Source: a virus
Virus record (IMG/VR): IMGVR_UViG_3300020183_005033
Coordinates: 32,001 to 96,000 of that record
Direction: 5' to 3' (one strand)
DNA length: 64,000 bases
Each line of letters begins with the position of its first letter. Within the stretch, counting starts at the first letter, position 1. Positions 27,201 to 36,632 of the stretch are shown here, one piece after another. Below the pieces are notes generated by a model, which saw only the letters and a list, made by a program, of their open reading frames with translations, had not been told where the DNA came from and did not search any database. The translations under genes were made by a program, and so were the position numbers.

Positions 27201-28115
27201 TTAAAATCTCCATTCAGGAGTCCCCGTTTTAACGCACCAGCTATTTAAAACAAGCTGTTTCGGTTTTGGATGCATGCTCGGTGCATCAAATTGCGCTATT
27301 AGAAATACATCGTCAAGAACATTTTGCAATCCCCGTGCGCCGAGCCCCTTAGTCAAAGCATTTTGTATAATTTCGTTTATTGCGCTTTCTTCGACAATCA
27401 GTTCTATATTTTCGCCTTTAAACCATTCGTCATATGATGTTAATACGCTTTCTTTGGAGTTTGTTAAAATTGACTTTAAGTCTTCAGCCTTTAAAGCTTC
27501 CAAAGAGGCTACAATACTAAATCTTCCTAGAAATTCAGGAATCATTCCGTATTTGATTAAAGAATCCGTTTTGTGTTCCTCCAATCCAACAAAAGCCCCA
27601 GAGCAAATAAATAATATATCTTTTGTGTGCAGCTTTCTCGGAGTGTGGTTGATTTCGTACCCTATTTCGCTTCCTTCTAATAACTTTAATAAGCTTTGTT
27701 GGACGCCAATTCCATTAATATCAGGAGAGCCGTCATTACTAGATTTGCGTTTAATTTTGTCAATTTCATCAATATAAACAATTGCTTTTGATGCAATATC
27801 ATCATTAAATTCGCACATTGCACATAATTCGCTAATAATTTCCGTAACGTCTTTGCCAACATAGCCAGCACTTGTAAACTGAGTTGCGTCAACCGTCATA
27901 AATTTTGCACTTAAAAATTCTGCAAGTTTTTGAACGGTGTAGGTTTTTCCACTTCCGCTAGGCCCAATCATAAGTATGTTAGATTTTTTAATTTTTGCTC
28001 CATAATAAGCCCTTTTGTAGTGATTGTAGGCAGCAACGGCTAAAGCTTTTTTGGCTTTGTCTTGGCCGATAACATAGGTATCTAGGTAGTTTTTGACATC
28101 TTTAGGAGTGAACAC
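27201..28115 (-). CDS. clpX: ClpX-like AAA+ ATPase lacking the N-terminal zinc domain and IGF loop
   Basis: YVIGQDKAKKALAVAAYNHYKR, KSNILMIGPSGSGKT, AGYVG, YIDEIDK, GVQQSLLKLLEG, PEFLGR, GARGL. Confidence 0.9.
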   Translation of the reverse strand: MFTPKDVKNYLDTYVIGQDKAKKALAVAAYNHYKRAYYGAKIKKSNILMIGPSGSGKTYTVQKLAEFLSAKFMTVDATQFTSAGYVGKDVTEIISELCAMCEFNDDIASKAIVYIDEIDKIKRKSSNDGSPDINGIGVQQSLLKLLEGSEIGYEINHTPRKLHTKDILFICSGAFVGLEEHKTDSLIKYGMIPEFLGRFSIVASLEALKAEDLKSILTNSKESVLTSYDEWFKGENIELIVEESAINEIIQNALTKGLGARGLQNVLDDVFLIAQFDAPSMHPKPKQLVLNSWCVKTGTPEWRF

Positions 28116-28128
28116 TTTTAATTTTTCC

Positions 28129-28157
28129 TTGCGTCAGTGACTTTGATGTTTTACTAT
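28129..28157 (+). promoter_or_regulatory. Sigma-70-like promoter, divergent from clpX
   Basis: TTGCGT-N17-TACTAT upstream of GGAGGAG and ATG 28176. Confidence 0.5.
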
Positions 28158-28175
28158 AAACGGGTGGAGGAGTCT

Positions 28176-28310
28176 ATGGTTATAGAAGATAGAATCAAGA
28201 AAGCTCTTCTTAAGTTAAAAAAAATACCCCAAAAGGCACACAAAAAAAGATTCATCAAAATGATAATGAAACGTCTTAGGGGGAAAGATGGGGATAAAGA
28301 TGAAGGGTAG
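28176..28310 (+). CDS. 44-aa Lys-rich peptide (not in ORF track)
   Basis: GGAGGAG RBS; MVIEDRIKKALLKLKK...KDEG. Confidence 0.6.
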   Translation: MVIEDRIKKALLKLKKIPQKAHKKRFIKMIMKRLRGKDGDKDEG

Positions 28311-28557
28311 ACTGACAGACAAAGAAAAGGAAGAATTGCGTAAACTTTTGGAAGAACAAGAAAAACCCCAAGACACGACTTGGCTGATGGTTGATTATTA
28401 TGCCAAGTTATCAAAAAAGGAAAATCCGCTTAACTTAGGGTGCAAGCTCTGCGCTAAAACTCATTTTCCCAAAGATTGCCCTAATAGAAAAAAAGAAACT
28501 TCAAAAAATACATATACTTATACGTCTTATAACCATGATGACAGTGAAGGATACTAA
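28300..28557 (+). CDS. Hypothetical protein with CxxC-xxxH-xxxxC zinc knuckle
   Basis: CKLCAKTHFPKDC. Confidence 0.6.
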   Translation: MKGRLTDKEKEELRKLLEEQEKPQDTTWLMVDYYAKLSKKENPLNLGCKLCAKTHFPKDCPNRKKETSKNTYTYTSYNHDDSEGY

Positions 28558-28559
28558 AC

Positions 28560-28862
28560 ATGCCACTTGTAGCCGAAAAGCTTAAGAGTAAGCTCAAAGA
28601 AACCATTGAAAAAAATCTTAAAGACCAGTTTGCTAAAGAAGCTAAAGATAACCCTAAAGGTCAAGAAATGTGGACAAAAATGGCCGAGGCTATATCTCAC
28701 ATAGCAACGGACATAGTTAGTGCGTTACAGCAAGACGCTGAAGTGGCTCCGGGAATATCAATCGTTGTTAATCCTGGAATACCAACGGCAGGTAGCCCCG
28801 CTGCCCAGACAACAGTAGGACCGGGGACTGGAGCAACAACAGCTCCGGGGAAGATTCTTTAA
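28560..28862 (+). CDS. Small putative baseplate spike-associated protein
   Basis: Helical N-terminus and Gly/Thr-rich C-terminus (...GTGATTAPGKIL), a pattern seen in small spike-linked phage proteins. Confidence 0.4.
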   Translation: MPLVAEKLKSKLKETIEKNLKDQFAKEAKDNPKGQEMWTKMAEAISHIATDIVSALQQDAEVAPGISIVVNPGIPTAGSPAAQTTVGPGTGATTAPGKIL

Positions 28863-28869
28863 AAAACGC

Positions 28870-28896
28870 TAAAGGTTTTTAAAAGACCTCCGATAA
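28870..28896 (+). promoter_or_regulatory. Sigma-28-type promoter
   Basis: TAAAGGTT-N11-TCCGATAA upstream of GGGGGTG and ATG 28918. Confidence 0.85.
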
Positions 28897-28917
28897 GAAT
28901 AATAATGGGGGTGAACC

Positions 28918-29412
28918 ATGAGAAACAACTGGGCACAAAGATTGGCAGCAGCTTTTGAGCATCCAGTGGGTGATTACACCCTTGTGGACATTTCTAAGGG
29001 TGAATCATCATGTGCTTGCGGCACCCGCATCAAGAACGTCTACACGGTAGCTTGCTCAGGCCACACTGTTCAACTTGGCTCTGAGTGCATTCAAAGCTAC
29101 ACAGAGCTTGAAAGCATTCAGGCTCAGGTCAAGGCTGCCGAAGAGCGCAGCAAGGCTGAGAAGAAAGCTCATCTAGAGCACCTGCAGACTAAAGAGCTTC
29201 AGGCTCTCATCAACGAATACGCTGAGCTGCTCCGTCCTTACAGAGAGCAGATTGCCAACAGAAAGAGAATTGACTACCCTATTTGGGAACACTGCGCAGG
29301 CAAGCGTCTGCGCATTAGCAAGCTTAAGTCTCTTAAAGGAAAGATTAAAGCAGTCCAAACAGCCCTTGACCATCTTAGGAAACTCATTAATTCAGAGGAG
29401 GAAGTGGCATGA
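28918..29412 (+). CDS. Zinc-finger-like hypothetical protein
   Basis: CACG.RIKNVY...LGSECI followed by a coiled coil. Confidence 0.7.
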   Translation: MRNNWAQRLAAAFEHPVGDYTLVDISKGESSCACGTRIKNVYTVACSGHTVQLGSECIQSYTELESIQAQVKAAEERSKAEKKAHLEHLQTKELQALINEYAELLRPYREQIANRKRIDYPIWEHCAGKRLRISKLKSLKGKIKAVQTALDHLRKLINSEEEVA

Positions 29413-29543
29413 AGCCCAACATTACAGTTGCTACAGCTATTGCTATTCACGTTATTATTCAGTTAGCTGCTATAGTAGCGCTAGCCGTTTATGCCCCATT
29501 ATGGATTGCCATTCCATTGATTGTTTTAATGATTGCAGCTTAA
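29409..29543 (+). CDS. 44-aa hydrophobic membrane peptide (not in ORF track)
   Basis: GAGGAGG RBS, ATGA overlap; MKPNITVATAIAIHVIIQLAAIVALAVYAPLWIAIPLIVLMIAA. Confidence 0.7.
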   Translation: MKPNITVATAIAIHVIIQLAAIVALAVYAPLWIAIPLIVLMIAA

Positions 29544-29553
29544 GGAGATGACT

Positions 29554-29832
29554 ATGCGTTTCACTTACATAACAGAAACTATTGGCAACCAACCTGTAAC
29601 TACTATTCAAGAGACAGCCGGAGTGTTCTCTGGCTACACAACAGAACAGGTAGCTGCCATTGCAGAAGACTTCTACCCCAATTACCAGTCCAACAACATG
29701 TCTAATATCTTTTCAGACATCCACTTCAACTATTGCCTTAGAAAGCTACTAAACGGCGAAAAGCTGCCTAATACTCATGTTTCTAGTAAGATTAAACAAA
29801 GACTAAATGAAATCAACGAGTTAGACGAATAA
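29554..29832 (+). CDS. Hypothetical protein
   Basis: TAAGGAG RBS before ATG. Confidence 0.65.
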   Translation: MRFTYITETIGNQPVTTIQETAGVFSGYTTEQVAAIAEDFYPNYQSNNMSNIFSDIHFNYCLRKLLNGEKLPNTHVSSKIKQRLNEINELDE

Positions 29833-29845
29833 GCATTAAAAACAA

Positions 29846-29874
29846 TTGACTTATTCAATCAAATCAACTATAAG
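29846..29874 (+). promoter_or_regulatory. Sigma-70-like promoter
   Basis: TTGACT-N17-TATAAG upstream of AGGAGG and ATG 29898. Confidence 0.5.
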
Positions 29875-29897
29875 TTTATTTAGGAGGTAATTGTATT

Positions 29898-30119
29898 ATG
29901 ATTGAAGGGCTTTTTGCAGCAGGACTTTTGGCTCTTTTTGTTGGAATTTCACACAAGACGCCCGAAGTAGACAACAAGAACACACAATATTGTGTGGCGG
30001 CTCCGACTCGCTCTAATCCCAAACAAGAGCAATCTGTCTCGACAGGCAAGTGCTCTAAAGGCACAATGACCGCAGAGCCATCCAAGCGTACTCCACTTTC
30101 AGAACGGAAATCTAAATAA
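29898..30119 (+). CDS. Small membrane-anchored protein
   Basis: N-terminal hydrophobic helix and two Cys; AGGAGG RBS. Confidence 0.65.
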   Translation: MIEGLFAAGLLALFVGISHKTPEVDNKNTQYCVAAPTRSNPKQEQSVSTGKCSKGTMTAEPSKRTPLSERKSK

Positions 30120-31000
30120 TGCTAAAGTATATTGCTTTGGCAGCATCAGTTCTATCTCTGAGTGCTTTTGCACAAGAGCGAGTAGAGCTGACTCCGCCAG
30201 AATGTTTGCAGTCAAATATTGACTTTTGGTATGACGTTTATACTAAGTACACGCGCCACGATATTATCGTCTATAACCAAAAGACGATGGAAGTCTACAA
30301 CGTCTACCCTAGACCAAAGGGAAGCAAGAAGGCGGTCAAAAGATATAAGAAGCAGTTATTTAACAAATATGCAAAACTAATACCTAAAGAAAAAAAGAAC
30401 ATCGCCGTCAAGACAGGAGCAAGGGGGTTTTTCGAGAAGGGCTTCGAGAGAATGCACGAACATTACCCCAAGATTGCCGAAAGACTAGAACAACAGGGGA
30501 TGCCCCATCAAATAGCCTTCTTGCCATTCGTAGAGTCTTCGTACTCACATAAAGCCACGAGTCCAGTCGGGGCGGTAGGCATGTGGCAAATCATGCCGGC
30601 AACAGGGAGGCTATTTGGAGTTAAGAAGAGAGTCAGGCTCAGAGACAATAGGGTAGCCACCGACGTAGCCATCAAGCTCCTTAAGTTTAACTATGAAATG
30701 CTAGGCGACTGGACTCTAGCCATTAATGCCTATCACTCTGGCACAGGAAGGTTGCTCAAAGCGTCTAACATAGCAAATTCAAAGGATATTTGTGAAATAT
30801 TCAACTATCTCGACGAAAATGACGTAAAGATAAAAGGCTACAAGTTCTACAGTAGAAACTACGTAGCTCAGTTATTTGCTATTGACAAGGCTGTGACAGA
30901 ACGGCTAAACCCTCGTGTAGAGGACGAGGCCGAAGAAACAGAAGAGGGGGAAAATTATGGATCAGAAGAAGTTACTATCCAAATTCCAGAAGAATATTGA
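30119..31000 (+). CDS. Lytic transglycosylase (MltD/SLT family) with signal peptide
   Basis: LPFVESSY...SPVGAVGMWQIMPATG...WTLAINAYHSG; signal peptide ending AFA. Confidence 0.88.
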   Translation: MLKYIALAASVLSLSAFAQERVELTPPECLQSNIDFWYDVYTKYTRHDIIVYNQKTMEVYNVYPRPKGSKKAVKRYKKQLFNKYAKLIPKEKKNIAVKTGARGFFEKGFERMHEHYPKIAERLEQQGMPHQIAFLPFVESSYSHKATSPVGAVGMWQIMPATGRLFGVKKRVRLRDNRVATDVAIKLLKFNYEMLGDWTLAINAYHSGTGRLLKASNIANSKDICEIFNYLDENDVKIKGYKFYSRNYVAQLFAIDKAVTERLNPRVEDEAEETEEGENYGSEEVTIQIPEEY

Positions 31001-31370
31001 TTTAAGAAGCCCAAACGGAACTGTTCTTTATCTTGAAAATATTAAAAGTCTACGTTCAGTTCAAGTGTATGATACGGGCGACGCTGATAATATTTTCAAA
31101 GTAGACGTGGTCGATGTGGACGGTGTTTTTCGTCAAGATTACACATGTAGTCATGATTGCCTTGCCCTTATTTGTGCAATGCTTTATTCAGAGGGCGACG
31201 CCGAAGATAAGACAATTGTTACAATATCTTTCGAGGCGCTTGTTAATGCATTAACCATGTCTCGTAATTTAGGCTACACTGATGCTTCCAAAAGTCTTCT
31301 CGAAGATGAATATGAAGAAGATGCTATGGAAGAGTATGCAAATCGTGAAACTAATGTCACATTAAATTGA
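30957..31370 (+). CDS. Hypothetical protein
   Basis: GAGGGGG RBS; acidic C-terminus. Confidence 0.65.
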   Translation: MDQKKLLSKFQKNIDLRSPNGTVLYLENIKSLRSVQVYDTGDADNIFKVDVVDVDGVFRQDYTCSHDCLALICAMLYSEGDAEDKTIVTISFEALVNALTMSRNLGYTDASKSLLEDEYEEDAMEEYANRETNVTLN

Positions 31371-31377
31371 GGTTTTT

Positions 31378-31938
31378 ATGAAAGTTTCAGAAGAAGCGCT
31401 TAACCACTTAAAATCACTGCAGGTAGATCCAACTAAGTTGTCTGAAGAGGAATACTTCATGGCAACTCATATTCAAATGCCTAGACTTGTGTACAGAGGA
31501 TTTTATGCAAATCCTTTGCCTGCCTATCAGACAGAGCAGTCAAGTTGTTTTGATATTTTGGCAGATGATAATGCAGTTATTCGGCCCAACTCTTATGCAA
31601 TCATTAAGACTGGCCTCTATCTGACCATGGAAGACGCCGCTCATTTCATTAATCTTAACCCCGCAGTCATGAACCTAGCTCTAGTTCTTAGAGAGCGTTC
31701 TGGCTTGGCGGCCAGAGGGATTGGACTAGGGGCAGGCGAGATTGATAGAGACTACCTTGTTGAAAATAATCCAGAGAATGAAATTAAAGTCATTCTTAGG
31801 AATTTTTCAAATGAAACACATTTTGTTAAGATTGGAGACAGAATCTGTCAGGCCAAATGGGAACTAGTCCTCAAAGACCCATTCCTTGAAGTTAAGACAG
31901 TTAAGCGTATTGGCGGCATGGGAAGCACCGGCACATGA
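31378..31938 (+). CDS. dut: Trimeric dUTPase
   Basis: SSCFDI, RSGLA, GEIDRDY, GDRICQ and RIGGMGSTG motifs. Confidence 0.92.
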   Translation: MKVSEEALNHLKSLQVDPTKLSEEEYFMATHIQMPRLVYRGFYANPLPAYQTEQSSCFDILADDNAVIRPNSYAIIKTGLYLTMEDAAHFINLNPAVMNLALVLRERSGLAARGIGLGAGEIDRDYLVENNPENEIKVILRNFSNETHFVKIGDRICQAKWELVLKDPFLEVKTVKRIGGMGSTGT

Positions 31939-32327
31939 AGACAAAGAAAATCCCCAAAGACTCAGGGCTACCTCTTTATATTGTCTCCCCGGAGGCAAGA
32001 GAGAAGAACGCCGTTCCTGCTTCATGGAAGAAGCTCGTCCTGTATGTCTTTGAGGAAAAGCTGTCTCATAGGTCAGCACCGACCCAATACATCGTTGCCT
32101 ACGATTCCTTAGTGGAAAACGCCGCCCCAACAAACCTATATTACGAAGGTTTAGCGGAGACTACATATAGTGGACGCATTAGGATTAGGTCTGAAGAAGA
32201 GTATCTATTTGTTTTGACTGGAAAAAAAACATTGCGTTCTATCCACTTTAGTCAAAAAACCCTTGAAAAATGGACACTTGTAAACATAATTATAGATAAA
32301 GATGAAATTAATTCCATTCTAGCTTGA
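31935..32327 (+). CDS. Hypothetical protein
   Basis: ATGA overlap with dUTPase. Confidence 0.6.
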   Translation: MKTKKIPKDSGLPLYIVSPEAREKNAVPASWKKLVLYVFEEKLSHRSAPTQYIVAYDSLVENAAPTNLYYEGLAETTYSGRIRIRSEEEYLFVLTGKKTLRSIHFSQKTLEKWTLVNIIIDKDEINSILA

Positions 32328-32440
32328 TTTAACTAGCACAACTTTAATAAAATTGTTAAGATTCAAGAACATTCAGGTTTTTGCAAAAAATCTGATAAAA
32401 TCTGTATGTAGCGTTTGGCCACAAAATTAGGAGCCATAAG

Positions 32441-35260
32441 ATGACAATAGCGTTTTCAGTAGGCGGGTCGAGAGTTGTTACCCCCGGTGTTTATTCAGTA
32501 TTTAAGGTGCAGGATTCGCTACTTAACGTAGTCGCGTCTGCCCGCAACGTTCTTCTTATTGGCGAAGCTTCTGAAGGCGTTCCAGGCAACATGCTCGATC
32601 CAACCTCTGCTTTTTTTAGTGATTACCCAACCATGCAAGCTTTTTTCACTTCAGGGCCGGTTGTCGATGCGGCGCGTCAGTTGTTCACTGTGCAACCATC
32701 CGCTGTGTTTACTGGCTCCGTTGGTCGTGTATATGTACAGCAAACCAATCAGGCTACCCGTGCAGAAAAAGTAATTACCTCTCCCTCCGCTTATGGTAAA
32801 GTTGTTGCAACTAAATTTGGCGAATCCGGAAATTTTGTTAAATCGCAAATTGTTGCTTCTGCAGAAGTTTTGCCGGCCATTTCTTTTCAAGTTCTTCCTC
32901 TTTCTGTAAATATGGAAGCAGCTGTTTCCGGTGACCAATCTGTCGGTACAGCAGCGATGTCTTTTGCGGGAGTTGAAAGCTTTGCAAGTAATCTTGCAGC
33001 TCTGTTAGGAGCTAAAGCAACCGTTGCGGGCGGAGTGCTTTTAAATGTAGTGCCTACCGCAACAGATCTTACTCTTTCTGTCTCCGGAATGGACGTTATT
33101 ATTTCTAGCTCTTTGCCTTGGTCTCTTGTGCCAAAAGTCGGAGAAGTTGCAATTATTCCACACTCCTCACAGTTGGTCGGAACCTCTGAAAGAAACATCG
33201 GCTCTTACGTTGTAAAGGCCGCAACTTCAACCACAGTAACTCTTGAAAAAGTTCGCCAGATGGATAGCTCAGGTGCCAATCCGGTTGCTTGGGGCAGTCC
33301 AGAAGCTGTTTCTACTCCCGTCACAGCAGGGACAGCTCCATTTACATACGCCACTGGTGATGTTATTTTTGTTGATTCGGTTTCAGTTCAAGTAACTGAG
33401 GCAGCTAAAGAAGGTGCAGGAGCCTCTCTTGAGTTGGCTGCCGCTTCCGCTTCTCTCTTGGGGGTTGCCGCTGCTGCTCGTATGTCAGCTCGCTCAAACC
33501 TTCTTAACGCAGCTAATGCTTCTTTTGGAACCATATCAGCGGTTGCTTCTGCCGATCAACTTACCGTTTCTCTTGGTGCCGGTGCCGTGTGGGTTTCTGC
33601 TCCAAAGTTAGGCGATGTTGCTTATATTTCTCCATCTTCTTTAATTGCTGGAGGAAGTAGGCAAAATATTGGTCTTCACGCCGTAATGTCAGCTTCTCCC
33701 TCTTCGGTTGTACTTAAGCGCCTTGACGGCGGCGTTGCGGCTACAGTATCTTCAACGGCTCTTGCTGGAAAAGAAGACACCGTACAAGTCATGCCTGCGC
33801 TTGTCAGCTCTTCAGTCATGGCGAAGAAAGCTGTTTCTTCAAAAGAAGCCCAAGTGTCAATGAATAGTCTCAATACCGTCAGTGGTGAAAGATTCCCTTC
33901 AGACAAAGTTGGCGGAAAAGTTGTTCTTGAAGTTTCCTACTCAGGTTCGGCGGCAGTTGCTAAAGTGTCGATTGATACAAGCCGTCGCATGAAGCTTGTT
34001 GCGGGTACCGACGAGGTTGTTTTGCCAACTCTCAAGTATCCAACGCTCGCTGCTCTAGCTGAAAAAATTAGTGCGCAGTCAGGATGGGCAGCTCGCGTTG
34101 TGGATGCTGGTATGAACTCAGCTTCTCCATCCGTATTGGATATGGTTGATGAGATTGGCTGTATGTCTCTTACTTCTGAGCACGCATTCTCAGGTCGCCT
34201 TAAGAATGATTATTCGGCTTGGAGCTCTTTCTTTGCTGATACCGTATCTGTGCTTGACTTTGTTGCTGGTGCTCGTTCAACTAAAGCTGGTTTGCCAGCA
34301 GGCGAAGCCTCACAGACATTCTTGTCAGGTGGAGCTAAGGGCGCTACTTCAAATGCAGACATTCAAGCTGCTCTTGATGTTGGCCTCAAAATCCCAACTG
34401 TTCAAGTTCTCCCATTGTTTTCACGCGACGCATACCTTGACGTTGCTGACGGCCTAACTGAGCCAGAGTCAACCTACTCTATCGACTCAGTTCATGCAGC
34501 CCTCAGAGCACATGTTGCTACTGGATGGTCAAGTGCTATCCGTCGTGAACGGTTTGGTCTAGCTTCTTTCTTCGGTTCATTCGAGGATTCTAAGGCCAAA
34601 GCTCAGGCAATGAATTATGAAAATGTTTCTATGGCGTTCCAGTTGGCTCGCGCCACAGGTGCAGATGGTAATGCTCAATGGTTCCTCCCATGGATGTTCC
34701 AGTGCTGCATGGCCGCAGGTCGTTCGCAAGCAACTCTTGGAACACCTATGCTTCGTAAATCGTTTAACGTTCTAGACGTTAAGCATATTCCTGAATCTTC
34801 AATTTACTCAGACACACTTATGCGTGACTTCGATCCAGCAAGTAAAGCTATGCTCGACGAAGCTATCGAAGCTGGTCTGTTGACAATGGGCGTTGTTGAG
34901 GGCGCAGGACTCCGTTTGGTATCTCCAGACCTCTCAACTCGCAGCCGCGTTAATGACCCGAAAGCTTGGGTGTATGAGCGCAACAACGTATCGTTTATCT
35001 TTATTGAAATGATTCAGACTCTCAGAAGCGTTCTTGAGAACTACATTGGCGAGCGTACAACAGACGTTACTACGGCTGAAGTTGCTTCGACTGTTGTCAA
35101 CGTCCTTGGTTCATTTGTTACTAGCGGAGCAATTGTTGCTTTCAACCGCTCACCTCTAGTTACAAACCTTGGAAACGGCTACGCAGTTCAAGTTCAAATA
35201 CGCCCTGCTGAAGCTCTCGAATTTATTTCACTTGATGTAACAGCAACGAGAAATCTTTAA
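32441..35260 (+). CDS. Tail sheath protein with inserted domains
   Basis: N-terminal RVVTPGVYS...LLIGEASEG, FLSGGAKG, C-terminal ENYIGE...VQIRPAEALEFI. Confidence 0.92.
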   Translation: MTIAFSVGGSRVVTPGVYSVFKVQDSLLNVVASARNVLLIGEASEGVPGNMLDPTSAFFSDYPTMQAFFTSGPVVDAARQLFTVQPSAVFTGSVGRVYVQQTNQATRAEKVITSPSAYGKVVATKFGESGNFVKSQIVASAEVLPAISFQVLPLSVNMEAAVSGDQSVGTAAMSFAGVESFASNLAALLGAKATVAGGVLLNVVPTATDLTLSVSGMDVIISSSLPWSLVPKVGEVAIIPHSSQLVGTSERNIGSYVVKAATSTTVTLEKVRQMDSSGANPVAWGSPEAVSTPVTAGTAPFTYATGDVIFVDSVSVQVTEAAKEGAGASLELAAASASLLGVAAAARMSARSNLLNAANASFGTISAVASADQLTVSLGAGAVWVSAPKLGDVAYISPSSLIAGGSRQNIGLHAVMSASPSSVVLKRLDGGVAATVSSTALAGKEDTVQVMPALVSSSVMAKKAVSSKEAQVSMNSLNTVSGERFPSDKVGGKVVLEVSYSGSAAVAKVSIDTSRRMKLVAGTDEVVLPTLKYPTLAALAEKISAQSGWAARVVDAGMNSASPSVLDMVDEIGCMSLTSEHAFSGRLKNDYSAWSSFFADTVSVLDFVAGARSTKAGLPAGEASQTFLSGGAKGATSNADIQAALDVGLKIPTVQVLPLFSRDAYLDVADGLTEPESTYSIDSVHAALRAHVATGWSSAIRRERFGLASFFGSFEDSKAKAQAMNYENVSMAFQLARATGADGNAQWFLPWMFQCCMAAGRSQATLGTPMLRKSFNVLDVKHIPESSIYSDTLMRDFDPASKAMLDEAIEAGLLTMGVVEGAGLRLVSPDLSTRSRVNDPKAWVYERNNVSFIFIEMIQTLRSVLENYIGERTTDVTTAEVASTVVNVLGSFVTSGAIVAFNRSPLVTNLGNGYAVQVQIRPAEALEFISLDVTATRNL

Positions 35261-35306
35261 TACATAGAGAGTAAAATCTCTTTATGTATTAATAATGGAG
35301 TCATAA

Positions 35307-35858
35307 ATGGCAAACAAATTACCATCATTTCTCGACGGAGCCAGACTCGTCATCAAGGTAGACGGTAAGCCGTTTGCTTTCTGCGAGGCTCTTAGCTTTT
35401 CAGACAATATGGCTTCTCAATTGACTATGGCGATTGGTTCATACAGCCCTCACACCAACGAGCCATTAATTTATTCCGCTCAGGCATCAATGAGAATCTT
35501 GCGTTATACAAAGTCGGCTCTTGGAGGGTCTAAGGATATTCCCAACATGAAAGGAAAAGTAGACGCAATCAAAGCAACCGCAGGGCAGACAAAAGACAGG
35601 GCATCCGATGGTAACTCCATGATGATGCTCAATAGCTTTTCTCCTGTTAAGATGCTTCTTGAGTCCACCTTTGATGTAGAAGTCTTTACTCGTGTTGGAG
35701 AGAAGAATGCTCTTTCGGCCGTTCCCACTTACGTAATGAGAGACTGCTTAATCACAGACCTTTCAATTCGTTTTTCTGTAGGTTCTTTGGTATCGGAAGA
35801 CGTGTCTCTTCTTTGCCGTATGATTGAAGATAACGATGAACGAATCACTAAGGCATAA
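35307..35858 (+). CDS. Tail tube protein paralog 1
   Basis: Follows the sheath; FLDGARLVIKVDG...TFDVEV...DC. Confidence 0.8.
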   Translation: MANKLPSFLDGARLVIKVDGKPFAFCEALSFSDNMASQLTMAIGSYSPHTNEPLIYSAQASMRILRYTKSALGGSKDIPNMKGKVDAIKATAGQTKDRASDGNSMMMLNSFSPVKMLLESTFDVEVFTRVGEKNALSAVPTYVMRDCLITDLSIRFSVGSLVSEDVSLLCRMIEDNDERITKA

Positions 35859-35870
35859 AGGTAATTAACG

Positions 35871-36551
35871 ATGGCAGCTCAAACTCCATTTTTCATGTCT
35901 GGCCCACGCCTCCTCCTGAAGATTGACGGAGTTAAGGTTGCATACGCTGTTGGCCTAGACCTCCGAGTCAGCCGTAACGTACAGATTGTTAATACGCTCG
36001 GAAGTTTTGCTTCTGTAGCTATCCAAGCAACTATGTATAACGGTGTATCTGGCAGTATGCAGATTGTTCGTCTTTTAGATAGTGATTCTCGTACAAAAAC
36101 AGTTGCCGCTGCATCTGCAGCAGGAAAACAAAAATCAAACCCCGCTCTTTCCGCTGCCCCCGAACCAGCCTTGACGGGAATCAAAAATTCTGTAACAGAC
36201 AGCGATTCGGCCTCATCAAATTCTTTGATTGCTGCTACAGAGAATCTCAAAAAACACCTAGACCCTGCTTCTGTCTTGGCCTCATCGACATTTGATATCG
36301 AAGTATGGCAAATGTACCCAACAACTGATACGGTAGAGGCAGGAAAAGAACCTAGTTTGAACAATAAGGGAGTCCTAGTAAAACACTTTACTGTGCAAAA
36401 TTGCAGACTCAACTCTCGTTCATCTAGTATTTCTGCTGGTCAGCTCTTGACTGAGTCGTTCAGCTTTACAGGCACTTTGTTGGTATCTGAAGACAGAAAC
36501 GAGGGAGCAAGAGACGAAGCTGACTTATCAGGTTTTGGTTCGGCGGTCTAA
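35871..36551 (+). CDS. Tail tube protein paralog 2
   Basis: FMSGPRLLLKIDG...TFDIEV...NCRL. Confidence 0.8.
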   Translation: MAAQTPFFMSGPRLLLKIDGVKVAYAVGLDLRVSRNVQIVNTLGSFASVAIQATMYNGVSGSMQIVRLLDSDSRTKTVAAASAAGKQKSNPALSAAPEPALTGIKNSVTDSDSASSNSLIAATENLKKHLDPASVLASSTFDIEVWQMYPTTDTVEAGKEPSLNNKGVLVKHFTVQNCRLNSRSSSISAGQLLTESFSFTGTLLVSEDRNEGARDEADLSGFGSAV

Positions 36552-36584
36552 TTCGGCTTGACTCTTTAGTGCCCAATACGCTAA

Positions 36585-36621
36585 AATACCCTTAGACAGC
36601 CTCTAAGGGTATTCTTTTTTT
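36585..36621 (+). terminator. Intrinsic terminator overlapping a TTGACT-N18-TAAAAT promoter-like site (36558-36587)
   Basis: AATACCCTTAG-acagcct-CTAAGGGTATT followed by CTTTTTTT. Confidence 0.75.
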
Positions 36622-36632
36622 GGAGTCATATC

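Noticed and set aside
27274-27777. 167-aa plus-strand ORF
   Set aside because: Antisense to the well-supported clpX-like gene
29252-29551. 99-aa Cys/Tyr/Ser-rich ORF in the track
   Set aside because: Out-of-frame overlap of ORF 28918 and the RBS-supported hydrophobic ORF 29409-29543
32372-32398. TTCAGGTT-N11-TCTGATAA upstream of the sheath as a seventh sigma-28 promoter
   Set aside because: Three mismatches, including the conserved CG of the -10 box, and no shared downstream context; possible but unsupported
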